Part shown: piece after piece, positions 1 to 11,246 of the stretch
Position numbering within the stretch: the first letter of the stretch is position 1
How the letters are laid out: each line of letters begins with the position of its first letter
Position numbers and translations under genes: made by a program
The notes under the pieces: generated by a model
Told to the model about the DNA's origin: nothing
Database searches by the model: none
The model's input: the letters and a program-made list of their open reading frames with translations, nothing else
DNA from: Conidiobolus incongruus B7586
Lineage: Eukaryota
Direction: 5' to 3'
NCBI GenBank assembly: GCA_000697335.1
Contig: JNEM01011138.1
Location: forward strand, 1 to 51,896
Length of the DNA: 51,896 nucleotides

Positions 1-266
1 AATAATATTAAAATAATTTAAATATTTTATAATATAAATAAAATCTAAAGTTTTTTAAATAAAAATAATTAAATAAAATTTATAATAATATAATAAATAA
101 AAAGATTTTATGATAAATTATTATTATTAATGAATTAAAATTATTATATATATTTTTACTCAAAAAAATATTATACAAAGTTAATATAATTTTCTTTATA
201 TATTCCAATATATATTTATATTATTTATTAGCAAATTTTATATAATATATTTAATTATAATAATAT

Positions 267-600
267 TGTCGCGGATCGGGAGGTCCGCTCGCCTTTCAAT
301 TTTAACCGTCCGTGAAGATTCCAGATGTAATCCACTCACAAATATCAGGAACAACCCTTGCACAATGGAAAATTCCAGACTATAGCAGAAGCTGGAGCCT
401 CAACACATTGGCCAAGGATCAACCACACTATAAAATAGTCACTGGACAGATATTTGCTGGGGGATCACTTTGATCAGGGCCAAGCCCTAGATCTTGCTAT
501 TTTAATAAAACTCCTCTAAAGTATCTAGTTAGCCTTCTTTGGCCCGTTTCATCGAGCTCACGTGATCTTTATTGCAAGACTACTTTCCAGAAGCCTTGCA
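267..600 (+). mobile_element. Solo LTR (family A, copy 1) of an LTR retrotransposon
   Basis: 334-bp GC-richer island in very AT-rich DNA. Begins TGTC, ends TTGCA and is flanked on both sides by ATAT (263-266, 601-604). TATAAAA at 429-435 and AATAAA at 504-509. Colinear relative at 21613-21944. Confidence 0.75.
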
Positions 601-2154
601 ATATATATTTTTTTATTAATTTATTTAAAAAAAATCTATTAAAATTATTTCTAATATATATATCTATTATTATTCAAAAATATTTAATTTTTTATATTAA
701 TTTGTAAAAATATATATAATTAAAAAAACCTTTTTATATAAAAAAATAAAAAATTACAAAATTTAACATTTTTACCATATAATAGCTTATATAATTAAAA
801 TTATTTTTGTTAATTAAAACTATATTTATAGCAAAGAATATTTTTATAACCAAATCTAATCAATTTAAGAAATATTAATTTTTTATTAAAAACAATTATT
901 TTTAAATATTAATATATACTAAATATATGGTAAAATAGCTACAATATTATAAATATATTATTTTAATATAATTTGTTTATTTTTATATATTATATATTAT
1001 ATATTATATATTATATATTATTTTTATTTTTAAACTTTGCTATTATTTAATTTCTATTATAATTAAAAATTTTGTGATAAATTATAACATATAAATTGAT
1101 TATATTTTATATTAGCAAAATTCAAAAATTATAGTAATTAATAGTATAATTAAATCAAATTAATCATTTCAAATATTATTTGTAATCATATTTTATTTTC
1201 ATTATCAATTTGGAGTTATTATTAAAATTTTAAAGTTAAATTAAATAATTATTTATTTTAAAAATAAATTACAAAAAAATAGTGGATTTCTTACAATTGA
1301 ATTAAAAAAAATTTATTCAAATAAAATTATTATTAATATATTTAGCCTAATACTTTAATTAATTAATATAAATTATTTTAAAAAATTTTCATTTAATTCA
1401 ATTTGATATTCAGAATTTTTATATATAAAAAGCAATTATAGAAAAGTTAGGTTATATATAATAATTATATAAATACTAATGTTTTTTGATAATAAACCTT
1501 AAATATTTATATTAACATAAATAAACAAACTATAAAAACTTAATTTTTACAAATAATAAATTTTACAGGATTTATTATAAAAATCAAAAATAAATATTCA
1601 ATTAAATCATTATTACATAAAAATTGACAAAATATTTAACTAAATTAAATTACAAAATTAATATTATTTGATATTTTGATAGAAAAAAATCATACTTTTT
1701 AGCAATAAAAAAAATTTATCATTATATCAAAAAGATTTTATAATAATTAAAATATGAACTATTGAAAAATTAGAGTTTAAATCATTATTACTATATTCAA
1801 AAAAAAATACATATATTAATTAAAAAATATATTATTTAGTTAAACTATTATTTCAATTAATAAATTTAGTTTACTTAAAAATAAATTAATTGGGTAATTT
1901 TTAATTCTTTTACATTTGAATAAAAATGCATGATTCAAATAGATTTTATTCTTTTGAGATTTAAAGAGTAAAAAATGAATAAATATTACGGCTTTGAAAA
2001 TTAGAATTAAGGGGTACATATTAATAGAATTAAAATAATAATAATAATAATAATAATGATAGATGCACTTGGTATAATTGCCATAAAGGTTGAGTTCATT
2101 AAAGTTTATTGGTTTCACTTCAGTTAGATTAATTGACTGATTGATGAAAATTTA

Positions 2155-3756
2155 TCAAAAAAGAATTTCCTGTCCCTTAGTCACTCTACCACGACGAATT
2201 CGCTCATTCGTCATCTGAATCTCTTCCCCGTCCGTGCGCACTACTGTAATGCCTGTATCTCTAGAAATGTCTCCGGACAAAATACTCGTGTCGTTGGGAG
2301 TAATCGAAAGAGTATTCTCTTGGAGCATCGCACGATCTGTCTGCTCATTGATGTTGACCAGTTGAGAGGTAATGATACTCAATTGTCGCGGGATGTAAAT
2401 CGAGTTATGAGGCGTTTGCTCCATCAAGGATGCGCGGGATATCTGGTTCTTCATAAGTTCTTTGTCAGTGGTGAATGCTTCGTCAGTCTCTGAATATTTG
2501 CCTATGCTGGATACGGATTGAACTCTTCTAATGTATCTATAAAGAACGAAGAAAATCAGAGCCAAAGCTAAAAATGTACCGATTGCCATTAGAATAATAG
2601 CGTAGAGTGGTAGTTTTGGTTTTGATGGACTATCTTCAACTGTAGATGATCTCATTAAGAATTGTTTGCTAGGGATGTCGATAACAAATAGTGGATTGTC
2701 TGGAGAATTAGAAGTTCTTTGTCCATGGATCAGTATTAATTTATCTCCAATGATTTGACTGTCATGGTAGCTAATTCCTACCTTTTGATCCGATCCATAT
2801 GTCATCTCTGTCCAATCCCATGCCATCGTAGTCAAATTCAGCTGGCCAAGATGATAATTATAGGGTTTGGAAGAGTCTGATGTTGATCCACCATATATTA
2901 TAATGGTGTCTTTATACAATGAAGCACTGAATCCAACTCTTCCTATCTTATTCAATTTTGAATCTTGATTCGCATTCGTTGTGTCTTTGGAAGACCATGT
3001 ATTGTTATAAGTATCATAAACCCATAATGTAGCGAGATTATTCATTGTTGCTTGGCTTCCATTTATAGTGACACCCCCCAACATATAAATATATCTAGAT
3101 TCCACAACGATTGCTTCGTGATCAGCTATGAATGGCACATTTGCGTCTTTTGCCGATGATATATCTTTCCATACTTTTGTGTCAAAGTCATAGCTGACCA
3201 TTTGGTTGGTTGCCAATGTGTCCGTCTGATTCGTTGAGCGCCATAGTCCTCCAAATAGGAATAGTGTAGGATTCATGTGAGATATATTATTTTTTACGGG
3301 TGTGTATATAATATTACTCGAGAAGGAATATGCTGGAAAGGCTGTTAGGTTGGGTACAACCATCAGTGAAGAATCAATGGTAACTTGCAAATTATTTAAA
3401 TTCAGTTTAGATATTAAAGTCTGGACACCGCTATCTTTCATGGAGCCCAGAAGATACGTGGATTTGTTTTGACTATCTCCCGAAATAATATTCAAAAACC
3501 GCGTTTCATAATAGATATGATCCTGATACATATCTTCCATCACTGCATTCGTCACGACATTATCCCGCTGACTGGGATCCAATGTATACTCCCGTATCGT
3601 CGCGATATTCTGATTCGAAACGCTCGCGTCGAATGTTATTAGAGTATTATTTATTAAGATGGATGATGTATGCATCGTTAAGCCCGACGTAATCAATCCA
3701 TCGCCCATAAGATATCCAAAGTCCAATAAAGCCAGAGTAAAACTAACCAAATTCAT
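2155..3756 (-). CDS. Kelch-repeat (galactose-oxidase-like beta-propeller) single-pass membrane protein, single exon
   Basis: First in-frame ATG at 3756 (track starts at TTG 3777). Kelch motifs LFLFGG, IYMLGG, IIIYGG, LILIHG followed by YD/W residues. Hydrophobic N-terminus; TM helix LYAIILMAIGTFLALALIFFVLY followed by RYIRR; cytosolic tail. Confidence 0.8.
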   Translation of the reverse strand: MNLVSFTLALLDFGYLMGDGLITSGLTMHTSSILINNTLITFDASVSNQNIATIREYTLDPSQRDNVVTNAVMEDMYQDHIYYETRFLNIISGDSQNKSTYLLGSMKDSGVQTLISKLNLNNLQVTIDSSLMVVPNLTAFPAYSFSSNIIYTPVKNNISHMNPTLFLFGGLWRSTNQTDTLATNQMVSYDFDTKVWKDISSAKDANVPFIADHEAIVVESRYIYMLGGVTINGSQATMNNLATLWVYDTYNNTWSSKDTTNANQDSKLNKIGRVGFSASLYKDTIIIYGGSTSDSSKPYNYHLGQLNLTTMAWDWTEMTYGSDQKVGISYHDSQIIGDKLILIHGQRTSNSPDNPLFVIDIPSKQFLMRSSTVEDSPSKPKLPLYAIILMAIGTFLALALIFFVLYRYIRRVQSVSSIGKYSETDEAFTTDKELMKNQISRASLMEQTPHNSIYIPRQLSIITSQLVNINEQTDRAMLQENTLSITPNDTSILSGDISRDTGITVVRTDGEEIQMTNERIRRGRVTKGQEILF

Positions 3757-4263
3757 AAATAGTAAAAATAACAACAATAATAATTAAAAATATATAGTAT
3801 AGAACAAGTAAAAGAAAGCTCACAATTGAACTCACTTATTCAATTGTCTTAATAATAAATTATAAAAGAACAAAAAGTCATCAAGTGCTTCCAAATTCTA
3901 TCTTAATGTAATATTTATATTGATAATGAATTTAATGTATTCATTTATAATGCCCCCAAGTACACTTTTATTAATAGCCAATGATTCTCTCTAAAACTTC
4001 AATTGTGTCCCTAAACAAATTAAATGATGGCCCCCAAATTTAAATTGGACTAAATGTAATTTAAAATAGTAGACTTTTGAATAGTTTTTACTCTAAAATG
4101 AACCAATTAGGTTACATTATATGAAAGCTAATACTAATAGATTCAAGAAAAAATATATTTAGTTTAAGTAACTAGAATTTTGAAACCGTATCAAATATAG
4201 TTTTTAGAAATTGAAATCTCAAATATCTTCTATTATAAAATTCATAATTAAGTACTTTAAAAA

Positions 4264-4268
<5 letters not shown>

Positions 4269-4293
<25 letters not shown>
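4269..4293. repeat. (AT)n microsatellite; similar (AT)n at about 9117-9142 and 19719-19738, (ATT)n at about 2033-2059, 4638-4662, 9443-9476, 36460-36490
   Basis: Directly visible tandem di- and trinucleotide runs. Confidence 0.9.
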
Positions 4294-4294
<1 letters not shown>

Positions 4295-5838
4295 TATTTA
4301 TCAGATAATTTTATTAATTTAAGAATTTTGATAATTATTCAATTATATAAATAAACTTTAGACAATATTTTTATAACATTTATTTTAGTTATAATAAATT
4401 GATTTATTTTTATTCATATTATTTAAATGATATAAACTTAACTAGCAGTATAGGATATTTTATATATAATAGAAAAACCCTAATACTATTATTAAAATGT
4501 GATTAAATTAATTTCATATTCGTCATTAAATCATATTAAGTTGGACTAAATAAAATTCAAATTGATGAAATTTTTGAATTATTTATAATTTTAAAATTTT
4601 AAAGTTTCAAATTAATAGTATGTAATTGTTATTGTATTACTATTATTATTATTATTATTATTATAAGGATTGAATTAATTTTTTTATAAAAATTTAATTT
4701 TAAAAATTACTCAAATTATTAATATGAATCTAATATATTAAGTCTGAGTTTTAAAATTTATTATTTAATATTATTATCTACTTTGAATAATTTTAAACCT
4801 GATTTTTTTTCTAATTGTTTATTTCAATTTAATTAATCAATTGAAATTAATAGGTCCTAAAAAATGAGTCACCTTTCAGATATAACTATTAGAAAAATTA
4901 AAACATATAATTAAAAAATTATTGAAACTGAATAGCACCTTATAATAAGTTAAAAATTAAATATTTTTTACTGCTTCTACATTGATTGTAATTATAATTA
5001 TCTATATACCTTTATCATGGATCATTTGTAGTTTGTGATTATAAGATTTTGACAAGAATTATACAATCAAAGTTATTAAACTATTCAAATATATGTCGTT
5101 GATAGAAAGATGATGATGGAAAAAGAATTAATTGTATATTATAAATTTACTGCTAATATCTACTAACTATCAATTATTAATGGATATTATTGGATTATTG
5201 TGATAATTAAGCTAAATGATTCATATATCAAAAACTTGTATTAATAATAAAACAGTTGACGATATCTAGATTTAAAATATTATTATTGTAAATTGATTTA
5301 AATTGAATAAACTTTTTGCAGAAATGAAAATACTTAAAAACAGCTGCAATGCTACCTAATATCCATGTATTAATTGCTGCAAAATATTCTCAATTCGATA
5401 ATAAGCCCTGATCCATATATCATTGATAATGACCTCAGACAATTTATAAACTTGGATTTTTCAACGAATTATTAAATTATCTATAGCTCACAGTTATTCA
5501 GTTTCAAAAATCTCAACTTCGGAAAATTTTATTAGTTAAAAAAGGTAATATAAATAATATTAACTTGATAAAGAAATACAATTATAACATGATAAATATT
5601 GCAATTTTTATTAATACTACATTTTATAATAATTCTTTCAGCATCAATCATAAAATCCACGTGATTAATAAAAAATTTTTTTCAGTTGCCTCAAATTTCA
5701 TTTGAAAAATATTTCAAAAACAATTAAACGTCACGCTCTTAGATTAAATTTCATTTAATAAAAAATCAAACCATATTTTAATAAATTTAAACTTTCAGTC
5801 CCAATTCATTCTCAACTCTTTAAATGAAATAATATAAG

Positions 5839-7942
5839 ATGTGGAATTTGATCAATTATAATAATAATTACAATATTTCAAGTATGAATGATAGTCATAA
5901 TTCAGAATTAAATAGTGATAATAGTAATAGTAAAATATTGTTGACTGAAGTTAAATATGAAGAGTTAAGTATTTGGAATATTGTTAAATTACCTTGGACT
6001 TTAACTTCAAAATTATTAAATGTAACAAAAATATTTTTATTTTATTTTTATTGAAATTATTATACCTATTAATTTAATTATTATTTAGACAGTGAAAAAT
6101 TTGACTTACAATCCTAAAAACGCAGAAATCAAAAAGTATCAAATTTTGCTAAAAACAGCTACGAATTACGACCAGTGGTGTGAAGCTGCAGGGGCGTTGG
6201 ATAGGTTGGAAGGAAAAGACAATTGGAAGGAGACTATTGAGAGTGATGAGTATGATTACGAGCTGATACAGAGTAGACTTAACGAATTGAGACAGACCAA
6301 ATCTAAAGGAGATTATGCTGCTCTCATGTATTTGTTGAGGTCGTCCTTGAGTAGGCAGCTTGGCGATATGGGCAATTTGGAACTGTATTCGCATTGTAGA
6401 CTCGGAACTAAAAAGATTATTGAGGAGTATATTGCTGAGGTAGTTGATGGGTTGAATATGTTGGCGGATGCGGACGAAAGTCAGGTGGATCTGAATACCA
6501 AATACGATTTCTTTTTGAATACGAGACAGTCTTTGGGTCGTACTGCTTTATTGTTCAGCGGAGGTGCTACTTTGGGTTTGAAACATTTGGGTGTGTTTAC
6601 AGCACTTAACAGAGTGAAGCTATTACCTCGTATTATTTCAGGAGCTTCGGCAGGGTCTATTTTCGCAGCAATATTTTGTACGAAAACTGAAGAACAGGTG
6701 ACAGAAGCATTTGAATCTGGTAATTTTGACTTTACCCCATTTGAAGATATTACACAACCTGATGTAATCATCAACTCATTACGACGATTCTTGCAGCACG
6801 GCCACCTGTTCGATGGTGAGACTTTGAAAAATTGTTTACGAAAGAATTTGGGAGAAGTCACATTTTTAGAAGCTTACAACGAAACTAGAAAAATTTTGAA
6901 TATTACTATCAGTACATCCACCACGTATGAAATGCCTAGATTGTTGAATTACGTCACCGCTCCTAATGTACTTGTGTGGTCAGCTGTGTAAATTTTTCTA
7001 TAAATTTGAAAATATTTTGTACTAATTGTTTGTTTTATGGGATTAGACTGGCTTCGTGTTCAATTCCTTATGTTTTTAAACCTTCTACGATCATGGCTAA
7101 GGATAGAGACGGAAATATTGTACCTTGGAATCCTTCAGGTAATTTATTTATTAATAGTTTATACATTTCAGCTAACATCTTGTAGGTCATCGTTGGATTG
7201 ACGGGTCTGTAGAGACGTAAGACAATACAATCATTACAATATATTAAATTCTAATATTTTTATAGAGATCTTCCAATGCAAAAATTGTCAGAATTATTTA
7301 ATGTCAATCACTTTATTGTTGCTCAAGGTAGATTAATATCATTTTTATAGCCTGTTATAATGATTTTAACTTTTTCATCAAGTAAATCCACATGTTGTTC
7401 CCTTCTTAAGTAATCAACCCTTGACCAAAACCTCACCCAAGTGGCTCAAAGCGTTAAGCTACCTCATAAAGGAAGAATTCCACCATCGCATTTACCAATT
7501 GATCGAATCAGGCATCTTCCGCGATGTCTTATTTAGATTCATCTCAATCATTACTCAAAGATATACTGGCGATATTACCATCGTTCCAAACGTAAATCTA
7601 GTCGAATACTTCCAGCTAATTAGTAATCCCAACGACCAAACAATTCTCCATCACGTCTTGACAGGCCAGCAAGCCACATGGCCCCAAATCCCACTCATTA
7701 CAAATCACTGTAAGATCGAACTCTGCATCGACGAACTTCTGCACCAGATCAAATGCCAAATCGTGCTTAAAGCTTCTGTTGAAGGTAAAAAGAGCACTTT
7801 GAGTGTGGGTGACGAAGCGTTCAAACATGGATCGAGTTCCTTGCATAGTAGACATAGGACGAGATCGAGACCAGATTTGAAGAAATTGACTCAGTCATTA
7901 GAGAGGATTAGTCATAGTTTTGATTCACCAAAGAAGCTTTAA
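5839..7942 (+). CDS. TGL4: Patatin-domain triacylglycerol lipase (TGL3/4/5-SDP1 family), 6 exons: 5839-6021, 6089-6987, 7047-7138, 7186-7216, 7266-7327, 7383-7942
   Basis: Spliced frame is continuous. Glycine-rich SGGATLG, catalytic GASAG, WIDGSVE (catalytic Asp), [28 protein letters not shown], and PRLLNYVTAPNVLVWSAV typical of the family. Confidence 0.92.
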
Positions 7943-8744
7943 GATTTTGAAATAAGTTAATAAATTGGGTTTAGAATTATGATTTTAGTACTATATATCT
8001 TAAGTAATTAATTATCTATCTTTTAATATATCATTTGAAATTAATTCTTAATTGAGTATTTGAACATTTCTAAATTCAAGATTTCAATTGAGTTTGAGAT
8101 TGATAAAAAAAAGGTATTTTTTATCAAGATAAATCATTATAAAAAATGGAGATTTTTAAAAATTGGTCATATGCCTAGACCCTTAAGGTATTTAATTTGA
8201 ACTCGTGATTATTGATTACATTGAATTTAAAATTCACCATCATAACTATGTGTATGATTTATGAAAACATCAAATTTATTGAGTCACATTTGACATTTAT
8301 AGGTATTATGACCCACTAAAATATGTTATTAGTTATTTGGTTATTGTTTAATTTAATTAAATAAAAATGACAGATTAAGAGATAATCCAACTCAATCATA
8401 TTACTTGAGAAAAATATTAATTAAAATAATTTTAAATTATTAAAAATTTATAAAATGATTTCAATATAATAAGAAATTAATATTTTTAACTTTTAAAATG
8501 ATTAATTGTTTTTAGAATATTAAGATTAAAAGTTATATTATATTAATTTTTTTCTAAAATAATTATTAGTTATATTGGTTCATTAAGTACTTTTAGTATA
8601 TTTCATCATATATACCATTAGTTAGTTCTAATAATTAGGTAAGCTTTAATAGATCATATCTTAGATTAAATTAATATCTTAATATATTACGATAGAATTT
8701 CATAAAAGTATAGTCAAATATAATTAAATTATTGCCAAATTCAA

Positions 8745-9442
8745 TTATCAGATATATTTAAAGAAACATTACTTAATTATAATATTAATAATCAAATTAT
8801 TCCAAGTTCTAATCATAAATTGTATTTACGCAACTTATTAGGTTTCGGTGATTTGGTCGGCAATTCTCTATTATTTGAAAGAAAAAAAAACAAGAAAATT
8901 TATAATTATTTTTAATTATTGAAAAAAAAATTCTCAAATTTAGTAATATTAAATTAACAATTATTTGAAAAAAAAAATATTTTTTCTTAAATATAAATAT
9001 TAGTTAAAATTAATGAAAAATAAGAATAAAAAGATATTAAAAATAAAATTTTTTCTATTTTAATAATTCTTAAAAAATTTCTTTAATTATTTTAAATTAT
9101 TATAATTTTAATTCAAATATATATATATATATATATATATATTTTCATTTTTTAAAATATTGTAAAAAAAATTTAAAAATTTAATATAAAATTATCTTTT
9201 GATTTTGGTTATCAGATTATTTAGGGTAAAATCGGATCAACCTTTTTCATCTGATATGATAAATGGAATTGGATTGTTAATATTAGTTCCATATAATAAA
9301 AATTATTTTTATTTTCATTAGTTATTAAACTGTTATTAATAAATGATTGGAATTAGTTTAAATATCTTTTTTAATATAATAATTAATCATGGATTCTTGA
9401 GTTTGTAATTAAAATATTTAAATGATCATGCACAAATTTTAC

Positions 9443-9478
<36 letters not shown>

Positions 9479-10057
9479 TAAATATTTTAATTATGTCATG
9501 ATATTTGAAGATAATAAATTATAGTTTGATTTTAATTGGTTGAATAATATATATTTTAAAATTTTGATTTTAATTATTAAATATACTATAAATACAGAAA
9601 TTATTATAATTTATTAATAAAATATAGAAAATATAATATACTCTGTTTTTTTTAAATATATCATTACACATATAGATATGTTAACTTTGATTTGAGAATA
9701 AAATAATTTTTAATATTAAAGGCTATAGCTAAAGAATATAATTAATACAAGTATAATATTGAATGATTTTAAAAATGTGATTAAATTTCTAATTTTTCCA
9801 CGACCTTATCAGATTCATTTTCATTCCACTTTAGAAAAAAATTGGTGTGTGAAATGCCTTATACGAATGATGAAGAATTATTGGAGTATTGGGAAGAGTG
9901 ACCCAATCATTGGCGATCATCTAGGGTTTATCTTATTTGTCACATAATATGTTGAAATCAAAAGGGAAGAATCAAGATCATTTTACTATATAAAATTTTT
10001 TATGGAAAAGGTATATATAGACCTCTAGAAACACTTCAAGATCATATTTTATCAGAT
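8745..10057 (-). promoter_or_regulatory. Cluster of four ATCTGATAA (SreA/Fep1-type GATA) boxes upstream of the mitoferrin gene
   Basis: TTATCAGAT (reverse complement ATCTGATAA) at 8745-8753, 9209-9217, 9806-9814 and 10049-10057. Near match ATCTGATAT at 9249-9257. CCAATCATTGG palindrome at about 9903-9913. Confidence 0.6.
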
Positions 10058-10166
10058 ATAATCAACTGTTGATAATTATTTGATTAGATTATTACAATTA
10101 ACATTGCTTTAATTTATTTAGCATACTACTCACATATTTCTTTTATCATATAATACTTGATTCATA

Positions 10167-11246
10167 ATGACTGAAGTTGATTACGAAGCTTTGCCCGATA
10201 ACACTAGTTTGGCTGCTCAACTCTTTGCTGGTGCCATGGCTGGTATAACGGAGCATGCTGTGATGCATCCTTTCGATAGTATTAAGGTATTCATTTTTAA
10301 TATTTTAATATTTTTATATCTGGAATAGGAAATTAATGTAAATATAGACCAGATTACAAATTGTTAACCCAACACCTCAAGCTGCCTATACCGGCATGAT
10401 CAATGCTGTTTCCAAAATTTCTTCTACTGAAGGTCTCAGATCTTTGTGGAGAGGTGTTTCTTCCGTTATCATGGGTGCTGGTCCCGCTCACGCCATTTAT
10501 TTCGCTACTTACGAACAGACTAAACAAATTTTTAACTCTAACGGACATTCTCACTTGGGAATAGGTAAATATTAGAAAATTTTTCTCATTTTCGCTCAAA
10601 AATTGATCTTAAATTTTTATTTAGGTCTTGCAGGTGCTTGTTCTACTATTGCCAGTGATGCCTTTATGAACCCTTTTGATGGTAAGCAATTTTAATTTGT
10701 CATATTTAGAGTTATTTTACTTAAATAATGGTTTTTATAGTTGTAAAACAAAGAATGCAAGTTCACGGATCTACTTATTCGAATATTTTCCATTGTGCTA
10801 GCTCCATTTTGAAGAAGGAAGGAATTAAAGCTTTCTACATTTCATATCCCACCACTTTATCCATCACCATCCCATTCACTTCCATACAATTCATGACATA
10901 TGAAGCTACTTCAGATATTTTCAATCCCAAGCGTGATTATAATCCCTTCTACCACAGTCTTAGCGGTGCTGTCGCTGGTGCTACGGCTGCCGCCATAACG
11001 ACTCCTTTAGATGTAGTCAAAACACTTCTTCAGACTCGTGGTACTTCCATTGATCCTGAAATTCGCCAATGCAGCGGATTAGTCCACGCTGCCAAGATTA
11101 TTTACAAGAAGGAAGGCTTGAAGGGCTTCTCCAAAGGTATGGGACCCCGTATCTTGTCTCACATGCCCTCCACCGCCCTCTGCTGGACCGCTTATGAGTA
11201 CTTCAAGTGGTTCTTGAAAGAAACCAATCCCGCCACCTCCTCCTAA
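10167..11246 (+). CDS. MRS4: Mitochondrial iron carrier (mitoferrin, MRS3/MRS4), 4 exons: 10167-10286, 10348-10564, 10625-10681, 10741-11246
   Basis: MTEVDYEALP start, AGAMAGITEHAVMHPFDSIKTRLQ, GAGPAHAIYF, and three carrier signatures (PFDSIK, PFDVVK, PLDVVK). Mitoferrin His residues present; canonical splice sites. Confidence 0.93.

Noticed and set aside
1840..2118. 92-aa ORF with poly-Tyr, and similar short AT-rich ORFs (9759, 12619, 19179, 21952)
   Set aside because: Non-ATG starts or microsatellite/low-complexity-derived I/K/F/N/L composition; no motifs.
4950..5500. Coding-like fragments here, and also at about 12340-13700, 40270-40660 and 50700-51180
   Set aside because: Possibly decayed genes, but stop-riddled and unassignable without a search.
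6149..6861. Antisense or alternate-frame ORFs inside real genes (also 7616, 10354, 11079, 23616, 24625, 25080, 26331, 26577, 27949-29345, 42288)
   Set aside because: Shadows of conserved coding exons, with no independent evidence.
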